Source of the DNA: a virus
Virus record (IMG/VR): IMGVR_UViG_3300042474_001185
Location: 15,838-79,837 of that record
Length of the DNA: 64,000 nucleotides
Reading direction: 5' to 3' (one strand)
Shown: in pieces, positions 1-10,022 of the stretch
Position numbering within the stretch: the first letter of the stretch is position 1
Layout of the letters: each line of letters opens with the position of its first letter
The notes under the pieces: generated by a model
Seen by the model: only the letters and a program-made list of their open reading frames with translations
What the model was told of the DNA's origin: nothing
Databases searched by the model: none
Position numbers and translations under genes: made by a program

Positions 1-1
1 C

Positions 2-1093
2 TTTACTGACCCTCGTTATTGGACATGGTTGTATGATATTGAACATGAAATCAGACAGAATGTTCCACTTTTATTTTACGCAATTTGGGATGATTTACCA
101 GACCCATTATATAATCGTAACTTCTATGAAAGTTGTGATTGGATTGGTTGTATCTCTAGACAAACATATGGTATCATTAAAAGATTATCAGCTTTAGATA
201 CAAAACCAACTTGGAAAACAAAGGCAGATTGGCAAGTAGATTATGTACCACATGGTATTAATACTGATATCTATAAACCAGCTGATGTTTCAACTGAATT
301 CCGTAAACAAATTTTAGGAGATAAAGAATATGATTTCGTATTATATTGGAGTAATAGAAACATTAGAAGGAAACAACCAGCTGATGTTATCGTAGCATTT
401 AAAAAGTTTTGTGATAAGATTGGTAAAGAAAAAGCAGATAAATGTGTATTACTAATGCACACACAACCTGTTGATGAAAATGGTACTGATTTACCGGCAG
501 TAATTGACGCAGTTGCTCCGGATGTTAATATTATATTCTCAGATGTAAGAAGACCAGTTGAAGAATTAAATCTTATTTATAATATAGCAGATGTAACAAT
601 CAACATAGCAAACAATGAAGGATTTGGATTAGCAACGGCAGAATCAGTAATGACAGGAACTCCTATTATTGTAAACGTAACTGGTGGATTGCAAGACCAA
701 TGTGGATTTGAAGTTGATGGTAAGTTATTAACACACGAAGATTACATTAAGATTGGTTCTTTACATGAGTGGAGAAAATGGGAAGGAAAAGCTAAGCCTG
801 GTCCTTGGGTTAGACCTGTATGGAGTAGAGCATTAGCATTAGCAGGCTCAGTCCCGACACCTTATATTTGGGATGATAGAGTTGATGTAGAGGAAGTTGC
901 TGAAGCAATTGAAGAAATGTACAACACACCAAAAGAAGTCCGTAAAGCAAATGGATTGATAGGTAGAGAGGCATTTATAGGAGATATGGGATTAACACAT
1001 ACAAATATGTGTCAGCAATTAATAAATGGAATTGAATCAACATTTGAAAATTGGAAACCAAGAGAAAGATTCGAAGTATTTAAAATTAAATAA
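2..1093 (+). CDS. GT-B fold glycosyltransferase (GT4-like), 5' end outside window
   Basis: NRNIRRKQ and NEGFGLATAESVMTGTPIIVN motifs; frame is open upstream of the ORF-track start (FTDPRYWTWL) to the window edge. Confidence 0.85.
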   Translation, partial: FTDPRYWTWLYDIEHEIRQNVPLLFYAIWDDLPDPLYNRNFYESCDWIGCISRQTYGIIKRLSALDTKPTWKTKADWQVDYVPHGINTDIYKPADVSTEFRKQILGDKEYDFVLYWSNRNIRRKQPADVIVAFKKFCDKIGKEKADKCVLLMHTQPVDENGTDLPAVIDAVAPDVNIIFSDVRRPVEELNLIYNIADVTINIANNEGFGLATAESVMTGTPIIVNVTGGLQDQCGFEVDGKLLTHEDYIKIGSLHEWRKWEGKAKPGPWVRPVWSRALALAGSVPTPYIWDDRVDVEEVAEAIEEMYNTPKEVRKANGLIGREAFIGDMGLTHTNMCQQLINGIESTFENWKPRERFEVFKIK

Positions 1094-1101
1094 GTTATAA
1101 A

Positions 1102-2391
1102 ATGAAACCAACATTAGTATTTCAAGGACCTATATTTACACGTAGTGGTTATGGAGACCATTGTAGAGATTTAATGAAATCTTTACGCAAGATGGATAAA
1201 TACGATATTAAGATTATCCCACTTCGTTGGGGAAACACTCCACAAAATCAAGTTGATGGTGAGAGCGATTTTGGTAGATGGATGTTAGAAAGAGTTATAC
1301 CTCAATTAAACTTTAAACCTGATGTATTTATGCAGGTTTCTGTAGCAAATGAATTTGAACCAAAAGGTGAATACAATATAGGAGTAACTGCTGGTGTTGA
1401 AACTACAATTGCACCTAAAGATTTTATAGATGGTTGTAATAAAATGGATTTAATTATTGTTCCATCTAATTTTACAAAACAAAATATTGGTGGCACTGTG
1501 TATCAACAACAAGACCAAGCATCAGGACAAATAGTTGGAGAACTTAGAGTTACAAAACCTATTCAGGTTCTTTTTGAAGGAGTTGATACTGAAATATTTT
1601 CTAAGGGAACTGATAAAGATGTGTTAGCAAATGTAAAAGAAGATTTCAACTTCTTAATTGTAGGACATTGGTTGAAAGGAGATTTAGGACAAGATAGGAA
1701 GGATATTGGTATGGCAATCAAAACATTGGCAACTGTATTTCAATATCTACCAGCTGATAAAAAACCTGGTATAATTGTTAAAACATCTCACGCTGGATTT
1801 AGTGTAATTGATAGAGAGGGAACTAGAGAAAAAATAGATGCAGTATTAAAACCATTTGGTGATAAATGCCCATCTGTATATTTGATACATGGTGATATGG
1901 AAGAAACTGATATGAGCAATTTATACCACCATCCTAAAGTAAAAGCAATGGTTTCATTTGCTAAAGGTGAAGGATATGGTAGACCTATGGCTGAGTTTAC
2001 TTTGACAGGTAAACCAATTATAGCTAGTGGTTGGAGTGGACAAATGGATTTTTTACCTGCAGAACATGCAGTATTATTAGAAGGTTCTTTAACAGCTGTA
2101 CACGAATCAGCAGCTGACCAATTTTGCATGAAAGAAGCTCAATGGTTTACTGTAAACTACTCAAATGCAGCTAATAAATTATATGATGTTTATAAAAACT
2201 ATGATATTTATTTAAAACAATCCGAAGGATTAAAAGAAAATACAAAATCTAAATTTACATTAGATAAAATGCATGATACATTTTCGGAAATATTAGATGC
2301 AAATATCAAATCTAAGCCTAAGCTTGTTCCGTTTAATATTCCTAAATTAAATAGTTCTAAAATGCAAATACCAAAACTTAACAAAATATAA
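1102..2391 (+). CDS. GT-B fold glycosyltransferase (GT4-like)
   Basis: N-terminal TRSGYG, DRKDIG, and GEGYGRPMAEFTLTGKPIIASGWSG (EGFG-x-P-x-x-E motif). Confidence 0.85.
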   Translation: MKPTLVFQGPIFTRSGYGDHCRDLMKSLRKMDKYDIKIIPLRWGNTPQNQVDGESDFGRWMLERVIPQLNFKPDVFMQVSVANEFEPKGEYNIGVTAGVETTIAPKDFIDGCNKMDLIIVPSNFTKQNIGGTVYQQQDQASGQIVGELRVTKPIQVLFEGVDTEIFSKGTDKDVLANVKEDFNFLIVGHWLKGDLGQDRKDIGMAIKTLATVFQYLPADKKPGIIVKTSHAGFSVIDREGTREKIDAVLKPFGDKCPSVYLIHGDMEETDMSNLYHHPKVKAMVSFAKGEGYGRPMAEFTLTGKPIIASGWSGQMDFLPAEHAVLLEGSLTAVHESAADQFCMKEAQWFTVNYSNAANKLYDVYKNYDIYLKQSEGLKENTKSKFTLDKMHDTFSEILDANIKSKPKLVPFNIPKLNSSKMQIPKLNKI

Positions 2392-2858
2392 TGTCATTTG
2401 CTTTACAATATAAATCTCTTATTGAAAGTGAGAAGAAGTTGGGTAAGGCTTTAATAAAGCCCGGAAATATTTATAGAATTATGGTATATAAATATGCCGA
2501 TGGAATTACAAAATCATTATCAGGACCAACTTCATCTTTGATATTCGCAATTGGTATATACGATAAACAATTATTTTGTTTAAAAATTAGTGAAATTAAA
2601 CCTGAAAAGTTTTTTAAATGGCTAAAGGTAGTTTTTTTAAAAAATTTAAATGATGAGAGTTTTGATACATCTGAACATCTTATGGAATTGCTTGTAAAAG
2701 CAGATAAGTCTGGTAAAAAATTGTATTCTTCCTATGTTAAGCCATCTACAATAGCTAAAGGACCACTAAATCCATATAGAACATATAATCTTAGTGGTAT
2801 AACACTTGTTCAGGAGGTTAAGATAAAAAAGGAAATACTTAAGAAGTATTACAAATAG
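2391..2858 (+). CDS. hypothetical basic protein
   Basis: 155 aa ORF translationally coupled to the upstream gene (TAATG). Confidence 0.7.
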   Translation: MSFALQYKSLIESEKKLGKALIKPGNIYRIMVYKYADGITKSLSGPTSSLIFAIGIYDKQLFCLKISEIKPEKFFKWLKVVFLKNLNDESFDTSEHLMELLVKADKSGKKLYSSYVKPSTIAKGPLNPYRTYNLSGITLVQEVKIKKEILKKYYK

Positions 2859-2922
2859 TTTATTTTCCCAATCGGTTATATTTACTGTTACAACATTACA
2901 ATTATAATAGTAAATAAAGGAT

Positions 2923-4989
2923 ATGGCATTAACTAAAAGATTAAGTAAAGGTTCTCCACTTACTGCAGCTGAGATGGATGGTAACTTAGATTTTTTACAA
3001 TCTCAAATTACAGCTGGTTCATCTGGAACTAGTGGAACATCTGGGGTAAATGGTTCACAAGGAATATCGGGAACGGGAGGTACATCTGGTACATCAGGTA
3101 CTTCTGGAACATCTGGTGTAAAGGGTGATTTGTTTACATCCACATCAAATAATAATCATGATATTTCATTAGGTTCAAAGACATTTACAATAGCAGGGGG
3201 TCTGTCTTGGACACCTGGTCAACAAACTATTATATCTCAAAATGGTAGTAACTACATGACCGCTACAGTAACATCTTACAATAGTGGTACAGGTCAATTT
3301 ATTGTAAATGTGGTGTCTGTTGTTGGTAGTGGTACTGGTATAACATCTTGGTTTATAAATACCGCAGGTGCAACTGGACAGGCTGGTTCTTCAGGCTCAT
3401 CCGGAACTTCTGGAACTTCTGGAACATCGGGAACTTCTGGAACATCAGGAACTTCTGGAACTAGCGGAACATCGGGAACTTCTGGGATTAATGGTACATC
3501 CGGAACATCAGGAACGTCTGGAACTAGCGGAACATCGGGTACATCTGGTACATCTGGTACATCAGGAACTTCTGGAACATCTGGAACATCTGGTATAAAT
3601 GGTAATGATGGAACATTTTTTGGTTCATCTGGAACTTCTGGAGAAAGTGGAACATCTGGAGTGAATGGTACATCCGGAGTTAATGGAACTTCTGGTGTAA
3701 ACGGAACATCTGGAACAAGTGGAACAAGCGGTACATCCGGAACATCTGGTATAAATGGTGTGGCTGGTAGTAGTGGTACATCGGGTACATCTGGAACATC
3801 TGGTACATCTGGGACAACTTTTAATTTAAGTGGAACAACCGATAATGGTGTTATTACATCAAATAATGGTACAGCCGGTACTGTAGAATCTAATTTATTA
3901 TTTGATGGAACTCTATTAACAATTAGAGGAAATCTTTCAGCATCTGGAGCATTTACATCATCATTAAGACAAGGATATGTTTTAGTTGGTGGTGCTGGTA
4001 ATGTAACTACGTTAGTAGCAACATCATCATTTGGTGGCGCAGGTACTACAACAACCGATGGGATATTCAGAGCAACTGGTTCAATCGTAGCAACAACAAA
4101 CAATTTACAAATTACAGGTTCTTTGGATATATTAGGACCTATTACGGCATCATTAAGAACGGGATATGTTTGGGTTGGTGATAATAGTAGAAGTACAAGA
4201 CAAGTAGCAACATCATCATTTGGAGCAACTTTGACTGTAGAAGATGGTACTCCTACAATAGTACCTAATGTAACTAAAATAATATTTAGTGGAGCATCTG
4301 TTACTAATAATGGTAGTGGTCAAATTACTGTAACTGTTACCGGTGGAGGTGGTGGTGGTACATCTGGTACATCGGGAACATCTGGCGCCTCTGGTGTAGC
4401 TGGTACATCTGGTTCATCTGGTACATCTGGTGCTAATGGTAAAGATGGTACGATGGGTACATCCGGTACATCTGGTATTAGTGGTGGTGTTAGTTCGGCC
4501 GGCTCATCGGGAACTTCTGGAACATCTGGTACATCTGGTTCTAACGGATTTGGTACAAGTGGTACAAGTGGTACAAGTGGTATAAATGGTACTTCTGGTG
4601 CTAGTGGATTGAATGGAGATGCTGGTACGTCTGGTTCATCTGGAACTAGCGGTACATCTGGTGTAACTGGTGGAGCATCTACTGGAGGTACGTCTGGAAC
4701 TTCTGGTACATCTGGTAATTTAACTTTAAGTGGTACAACAAATGATGGTATTTTAACATTTGATGGAGGTCTTGTTCAGGGTATAGTTGAATCCGACTTT
4801 ACATTTAACGCAAGTAGTAAAATTTTAACTGTAAGTGGATCTGTATTAGCATATACATCAGTTACATTAAGACCGGTTGATACCCTACCGGCAGGCGCAG
4901 TTGGTAAATTAGCATCATATGCTCCGGTATCACCAGCATCGGCATCTTTATATTTCCATAATGGTTCAGATTGGGTTAAGGTAGTTTAA
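2923..4989 (+). CDS. putative virion/fibre protein with collagen-like (Gly-Thr-Ser)n repeats
   Basis: N-terminal RxxKGSPLTxxExDxN motif typical of phage structural proteins; long GTS triplet runs; beta-rich spacers; C-terminal LYFHNGSDW. Confidence 0.75.
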   Translation: MALTKRLSKGSPLTAAEMDGNLDFLQSQITAGSSGTSGTSGVNGSQGISGTGGTSGTSGTSGTSGVKGDLFTSTSNNNHDISLGSKTFTIAGGLSWTPGQQTIISQNGSNYMTATVTSYNSGTGQFIVNVVSVVGSGTGITSWFINTAGATGQAGSSGSSGTSGTSGTSGTSGTSGTSGTSGTSGTSGINGTSGTSGTSGTSGTSGTSGTSGTSGTSGTSGTSGINGNDGTFFGSSGTSGESGTSGVNGTSGVNGTSGVNGTSGTSGTSGTSGTSGINGVAGSSGTSGTSGTSGTSGTTFNLSGTTDNGVITSNNGTAGTVESNLLFDGTLLTIRGNLSASGAFTSSLRQGYVLVGGAGNVTTLVATSSFGGAGTTTTDGIFRATGSIVATTNNLQITGSLDILGPITASLRTGYVWVGDNSRSTRQVATSSFGATLTVEDGTPTIVPNVTKIIFSGASVTNNGSGQITVTVTGGGGGGTSGTSGTSGASGVAGTSGSSGTSGANGKDGTMGTSGTSGISGGVSSAGSSGTSGTSGTSGSNGFGTSGTSGTSGINGTSGASGLNGDAGTSGSSGTSGTSGVTGGASTGGTSGTSGTSGNLTLSGTTNDGILTFDGGLVQGIVESDFTFNASSKILTVSGSVLAYTSVTLRPVDTLPAGAVGKLASYAPVSPASASLYFHNGSDWVKVV
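3385..3819 (+). repeat. 9-bp coding tandem repeat encoding (SGT)n
   Basis: ggaacatct/ggtacatct/ggaacttct units with synonymous variation; boundaries approximate. Confidence 0.9.
4357..4716 (+). repeat. second block of Gly-X-Y (mostly GTS) coding repeats
   Basis: Gly at nearly every third residue through GTSGTSGASGVAGTSGSSGTS...; boundaries approximate. Confidence 0.85.
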
Positions 4990-5004
4990 AAATAAATTAA
5001 AAAT

Positions 5005-5041
5005 AAAAATGGGTAATTCTAAAAAAGTTACCCATTTTTTT
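5005..5041 (+). terminator. intrinsic terminator
   Basis: AAAAATGGGTAA...TTACCCATTTTTTT stem-loop with U-tract, just after the 2923..4989 stop. Confidence 0.75.
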
Positions 5042-5096
5042 ATGCTTTACTTGAAAATTGTATATTTATATCTATATATACATATACAAAGATATA

Positions 5097-5128
5097 TTTG
5101 GAAAATATAATAAATTGTTGTATATTTG
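5097..5128 (+). promoter_or_regulatory. Bacteroidota-type sigma-A promoter
   Basis: TTTG-N20-TATATTTG upstream of the ATG at 5146. Confidence 0.75.
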
Positions 5129-5145
5129 TATTCAAATAAAATATT

Positions 5146-5781
5146 ATGGCAATAAATGTAACATATGCAATTACCGTTTGTAATGAGCATGAAGAAATTA
5201 TGAAATTGATAAATTTCTTACACCCTAGAATTAAAAAAGATGATGAAATATTAATCCAATATGATGAGGATTCTGTAACACCACAGGTTAAAGATTATCT
5301 AAATGTTATACACCAATTACATTCATCTAATATAAAGGTTATAGGATTTCCCTTAAATAATGATTTTGCTTCGTATAAAAATAATTTAAAAAATCATGCA
5401 AAAGGTATTTTTATTTTTCAAATAGATGCTGATGAAATTCCATCGGAGTATATGGTAGAAAATCTTTCTGATTTTTTATTAGCAAATAAAGATGTGGATT
5501 TATTCTTTGTACCACGTATAAATACAGTAGAAGGACTTACCCAAGAGCACATTAAAAAATGGGGATGGCAAGTTAATGAAAATGGTTGGGTAAATTTCCC
5601 CGATTATCAAACAAGATTATATAGAAGGACATCCGATATTGAATGGGAAGGTAAAGTACATGAAAGAATAAAAGGATATAACACTCTATCGGTTTTACCA
5701 GCAGATGCAGATTATTGTTTAACTCATCATAAGCAAATTGAAAGACAAGAAAAACAAAACGCTTACTATGATACAATCTAA
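5146..5781 (+). CDS. GT2-family glycosyltransferase
   Basis: ITVCNE start, FQIDADE (DxD), PDYQTRLYR and GKVHE motifs. Confidence 0.85.
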   Translation: MAINVTYAITVCNEHEEIMKLINFLHPRIKKDDEILIQYDEDSVTPQVKDYLNVIHQLHSSNIKVIGFPLNNDFASYKNNLKNHAKGIFIFQIDADEIPSEYMVENLSDFLLANKDVDLFFVPRINTVEGLTQEHIKKWGWQVNENGWVNFPDYQTRLYRRTSDIEWEGKVHERIKGYNTLSVLPADADYCLTHHKQIERQEKQNAYYDTI

Positions 5782-6769
5782 GATAGCTTTCCTTACTGAA
5801 ATGGGATTTGTTGGCAAAGTTCCAGCAAATCATCCAAATATGAGAACGGAGTTTGCTTGGATGCATGCTTTAGATGCTGACCATTTTAATATTCATTTGT
5901 TTGGTGCAGATAAAAATTTGACAGGTTATGACCATGTCTTTATTATATTTCCAAAAGGTAAACCATTTTTAAATTCAACTGCGGTAGAATTGATAAAAGG
6001 TATTAATCCAATATCAGAATTACTTCAGCAAGATATTGTTGGTAGAATAAAAGAAAAAGGAAATACAAATGTACATTATGTGCAAGAAGGACCTCATTGG
6101 TTTCAAAATGATTATAGTGTAGAAGACCAAATTTACTTCTATAACTTTTTACAATCTTGCGATTCAATCTTTACTCACAATGATTCTGATGTATATTATT
6201 ACAAAGGATTATTTCCCAATAAAAAAGTGAGACCAATTGGTACACTAATGATTGATGAATTAGTTAAAGATATCGTACCTACAAAAGAAGATAAAGTAAT
6301 TATAGGTGGTAACTTTGCAAGATGGTATGGTGGATTTGAAAGTTATATGATAGCTGATAATTTTGGAGTTCCTGTTTGGGCACAAACATCACATGCTATG
6401 AGAGAAAACGAAGGTATGGGTGGTGTATTAAATCACTTACCAAGAATGATGTGGAGTGAATGGATGGCAGTATTATCAACATTCAAATATGCAGTACATA
6501 TGATGCCAACGGTAGCCGCTGGTACATTTGCTTTGAATTGTGCATACTTTGGGATACCATGTATTGGAAATCAAGATGTGGATACTCAATTACTATGTCA
6601 CCCATCGTTATCCGTAGCAGTAAATGATTTGGAAGGAGCAAGAGAATTAGCAATACAATTGAGAGATGATAAAGAGTTTTATAATCAATGTTCTGAAATA
6701 GCAAAGAATAATTATGAAGCTTGTTTTTCAAAAGAACTTTGGTTAAGAAATATAAAAAGAGAATTATAA
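5768..6769 (+). CDS. putative GT-B glycosyltransferase
   Basis: AAGTFALNCAYFGIPCIG C-terminal GT-B-like segment; ATG 5768 preferred over the TTG start at 5738. Confidence 0.55.
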   Translation: MIQSKIAFLTEMGFVGKVPANHPNMRTEFAWMHALDADHFNIHLFGADKNLTGYDHVFIIFPKGKPFLNSTAVELIKGINPISELLQQDIVGRIKEKGNTNVHYVQEGPHWFQNDYSVEDQIYFYNFLQSCDSIFTHNDSDVYYYKGLFPNKKVRPIGTLMIDELVKDIVPTKEDKVIIGGNFARWYGGFESYMIADNFGVPVWAQTSHAMRENEGMGGVLNHLPRMMWSEWMAVLSTFKYAVHMMPTVAAGTFALNCAYFGIPCIGNQDVDTQLLCHPSLSVAVNDLEGARELAIQLRDDKEFYNQCSEIAKNNYEACFSKELWLRNIKREL

Positions 6770-6770
6770 T

Positions 6771-7487
6771 ATGGATTTTGAAATTAAAGGAACTAAGTTG
6801 GTAGAGATACCTTATTTGGAAAGAGAATTATCAGAACAAAAAGAATCTGATAAAGTATTGATTGTTGGTGAACGAATTGCAACGGAAGGTATATTACAAG
6901 CCGTATTAAAAAGACCCTTCACATCATGCTTATGTACCGACATTATGCCAATGGGACCTGGCTCTACATTGGAAAGAATAATAGATGCTGATAAAAGAGT
7001 TACATTTGTTCAGCAAGATTTTATATTAGCTGAAGAAGAAACAAAATACGATTATATTATTTGTATTAATGTATTGGAACACTTTGGTATGAACTTCGCT
7101 GAATTCTCTGGATTTGCAGGGGAATATGCTGGGGATGATTATATTAGATGGAATCACGATTTGAGAGCAATTGAAAAAATGATTACATTATTAAATAAAG
7201 ATGGAAAAATAATTATCACAGTACCAGCTGGTCAACCTATATTGTCTGGAGATATTAATCCCGGAAATAAAATGCCATTCCTTCGTAGATATGATGAAAT
7301 GCGAATTAAGTTAATTGAAGATTTATCAGTTAAAAATGCAATGAAAATTGAAAATACATTTTTCTATTCAGAAAATTTTAATGATTGGTTTGAGAGTGAT
7401 ATAACAATAACATCTCCACAATATACTCAGGCAAATAATCCATATACTCCTAATATGATATGGGCATTTACATTGAAACAAAAATAA
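6771..7487 (+). CDS. class I SAM-dependent methyltransferase-like (DUF268-like)
   Basis: YDYIICINVLEHFG, DLRAIEKM...LLNKDGKIIITVPAG. Confidence 0.6.
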   Translation: MDFEIKGTKLVEIPYLERELSEQKESDKVLIVGERIATEGILQAVLKRPFTSCLCTDIMPMGPGSTLERIIDADKRVTFVQQDFILAEEETKYDYIICINVLEHFGMNFAEFSGFAGEYAGDDYIRWNHDLRAIEKMITLLNKDGKIIITVPAGQPILSGDINPGNKMPFLRRYDEMRIKLIEDLSVKNAMKIENTFFYSENFNDWFESDITITSPQYTQANNPYTPNMIWAFTLKQK

Positions 7488-7488
7488 A

Positions 7489-8256
7489 ATGATAACAGTT
7501 ATATTAAATGGTTATAAGAGACCTGAAAATCTTAATGAACAATTAGAGGCATTAAAAAATCAAACATTACCACCTGATGAAATACTTTTTTGGTATAATA
7601 ATCCGGGTGATAATGATTTAATTAATTACGATATTGGAACTGAAATAGCTGGTGCTTATTGTAATTACAATTTTGGTGTGTGGGCTAGATTTGCATTTGC
7701 ACTTAACGCAAAAAACGATTATGTATGTGTATTTGATGATGATACAATTCCTGGTAAGAAATGGTTAGAGAATTGTATGAACACTATGAATGAGAAAGAA
7801 GGTCTATTGGGTACGGTAGGATTATTATATCCAGCACCATTACCACCTCAACATTCATCTTACTACGAACATTATTTAAGATTTGGATGGCCTGAAAGTG
7901 GTAACAATGATAGGACTGTAGAAGTTGATTTAGTAGGACACAGCTGGTTCTTTAAAAAGGAATGGTTATCTCATATGTTTAGAGAATTACCAGACCCTAA
8001 ATATAATACCTGTGGTGAGGATATGCACTTCTCATATATGTTACAAAAGTATGCTGGTATTAAAACATATGTACCACCACATCCTCGTTCTGATATGGAA
8101 ATGTGGGGAAGTATTAAAGGTGCATACGGAGGAGATTCTGCTTCACTTTGGGAATCAAATCAAGCTGGTATAGATGGTACTCCATTTAAGCAATTGATGA
8201 ACGATTATTTTCACAAACAAAGAGTAAAAGGATGGAGGTTAGTAAATGAAAAATAA
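7489..8256 (+). CDS. GT-A glycosyltransferase (GT2/GT64-like)
   Basis: TVILNGYKR, RF...YVCVFDDD and CGEDMHFS motifs. Confidence 0.7.
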   Translation: MITVILNGYKRPENLNEQLEALKNQTLPPDEILFWYNNPGDNDLINYDIGTEIAGAYCNYNFGVWARFAFALNAKNDYVCVFDDDTIPGKKWLENCMNTMNEKEGLLGTVGLLYPAPLPPQHSSYYEHYLRFGWPESGNNDRTVEVDLVGHSWFFKKEWLSHMFRELPDPKYNTCGEDMHFSYMLQKYAGIKTYVPPHPRSDMEMWGSIKGAYGGDSASLWESNQAGIDGTPFKQLMNDYFHKQRVKGWRLVNEK

Positions 8257-9247
8257 ATTACCAATATTAATATGTTTCGGAACTAGACCGGAATGGTTAA
8301 AGATAAAGCCTTTAATTAAAATAATGGACCGTAGTGAGTATAAATTATTCTTTACAGGTCAGCATGAAGATTTACTTAAAGAAGTTGATGTTGATTATAA
8401 AGCAACTATCAAAGAAGGTTCTAATAGATTGGATGAAGTGGTAAAAGGATGTTTAGATTTGCCGGAAGGTGAGTTTAGAGGTGTATTGGTACAAGGTGAT
8501 ACCGCATCTGCTTTCGCTTGTGCCATTGGGGCATATCATAGAGGATTGAGAATCTATTATTTAGAAGCTGGACTTAGAAGTAAGAGTTTAAAACATCCAT
8601 ACCCTGAAGAAGGTTATAGACAAATGATATCTCGTATTGCTGATGTAAGTTTTTCACCAACACATTTATCACTTACTAACTTATTTAATGAAAATACATT
8701 AGGTGATGCTTGGTTAGTTGGTAACACTGTGTTAGATAACTTAGTTGATTTACCTAAACCAACATACGGAAACAAAATATTAGTTACATTACATCGTAGA
8801 GAGAATCATCCTATAATGCATGAATGGTTTAGAGAGGTGAATGATTTAGCAATACAATATCCAGAGTTAGAGTTTATACTTCCAATACATCCAAATCCAA
8901 ATGTACAAATTCATAGAAACTTACTAACAAACGTTAAAGTAGTAGAACCACTTTCACATGATGAATTGATAGCTATACTATTAGAATGTAAGTTAGTAAT
9001 AAGTGATAGTGGCGGAATACAGGAAGAAGCATCTTTCCTTAATAAGAAAGTAATTGTATGTAGAGAAAAAACGGAAAGACCTGAAGCGATTTATACGGGA
9101 CATTTGCATCTTTGTAAATCTACTGATAAATTAAAAGATTTATTTGTTACTTTGGAAAAAGATTCGTATATTTGTAAAGATTCACCATATGGGGATGGGT
9201 ACGCAGCGGAAAAAATTAAAAAGATATTAGATGCAGAAAAACTTTAG
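8246..9247 (+). CDS. wecB: UDP-N-acetylglucosamine 2-epimerase (non-hydrolysing)
   Basis: GTRPE, TGQH, QGDT, EAGLRS, TLHRREN, DSGGIQEE, TERPE. Confidence 0.93.
   Translation: MKNKLPILICFGTRPEWLKIKPLIKIMDRSEYKLFFTGQHEDLLKEVDVDYKATIKEGSNRLDEVVKGCLDLPEGEFRGVLVQGDTASAFACAIGAYHRGLRIYYLEAGLRSKSLKHPYPEEGYRQMISRIADVSFSPTHLSLTNLFNENTLGDAWLVGNTVLDNLVDLPKPTYGNKILVTLHRRENHPIMHEWFREVNDLAIQYPELEFILPIHPNPNVQIHRNLLTNVKVVEPLSHDELIAILLECKLVISDSGGIQEEASFLNKKVIVCREKTERPEAIYTGHLHLCKSTDKLKDLFVTLEKDSYICKDSPYGDGYAAEKIKKILDAEKL
9143..9174 (+). promoter_or_regulatory. internal Bacteroidota-type promoter inside the 3' end of wecB
   Basis: TTTG-N20-TATATTTG with the TCG preceding the -7 box, same spacing as the intergenic copies. 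Confidence 0.55.
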
Positions 9248-10010
9248 AGAACATTTTATTAAGTTTACGGAAATGATTCGTAATAATCACCATTTTGGAT
9301 TTGCAAGATATTCGGATGGTGAAATGTATATTCTTCAAAATAAAGAATCTAAATTAGATGAAGGTCTAATTCAAATTGGAGACCATAAGCAAGGTGGATT
9401 TTATCAACCACTTGATTTTAAACATTTTGACCCAAAACAACATCAATGGTTTTTAGAAAAATTAATAGAGGCTTATAAACATAAACAACCAAATTATTAC
9501 AAAGGTATTAGCTGTAGTTGTTGTGTTGGTAAGGAAAATTTTGATTGGCAAATAAATTTACACGGTGGTGATGATGAAAGTTTGACTTGGGCAAATTTAT
9601 GGGTTAATGGTAATTACCCACTATTCATTATGAATACACTTCCAATACTTTATAGTAAGGATTGTGTATTTGTTGGTCATGAAAAAGCTGATATATCAAA
9701 ATTACCATTTATAGTAAAAGATTTTAGAGTGGGATATAATGCATTTGTAAACGATTATGACAAGATTGAAACAATTAGACAATGGATTAAAGAGAATAAC
9801 ATTGAAAATCATGTATTCTTATTTTCAGCTTCAACGTTTTCTAATTTGGCAATATACGAACTATTCAAAGAGTTTCCAAATAATTCCTATATTGATATCG
9901 GAACGTGTCTTACTCCAATGATGAACATGCCAACTGAAAGAGATTACTTAAAAGGATTTTGGAGTTATAAAGGTTCGCAAAGTTTAAGTCAAATGTGTAT
10001 ATGGAATTAA
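9231..10010 (+). CDS. GT-D fold (DUF1792-like) putative glycosyltransferase
   Basis: FARYSDGE near the N-terminus and YIDIG near the C-terminus. Confidence 0.6.
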   Translation: MQKNFREHFIKFTEMIRNNHHFGFARYSDGEMYILQNKESKLDEGLIQIGDHKQGGFYQPLDFKHFDPKQHQWFLEKLIEAYKHKQPNYYKGISCSCCVGKENFDWQINLHGGDDESLTWANLWVNGNYPLFIMNTLPILYSKDCVFVGHEKADISKLPFIVKDFRVGYNAFVNDYDKIETIRQWIKENNIENHVFLFSASTFSNLAIYELFKEFPNNSYIDIGTCLTPMMNMPTERDYLKGFWSYKGSQSLSQMCIWN

Positions 10011-10022
10011 TAAAATAAAAAA

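Noticed and set aside
2391-2858. T4 gp2-like DNA end protector, suggested by the PGxxY..YKY segment
   Set aside because: Resemblance is too short to support without a profile search
3294-4103. 269-aa minus-strand ORF with (VPD)n repeats, and the + frame ORF 3368..3598
   Set aside because: Shadow frames of the GTS coding repeat, which lack stops for compositional reasons
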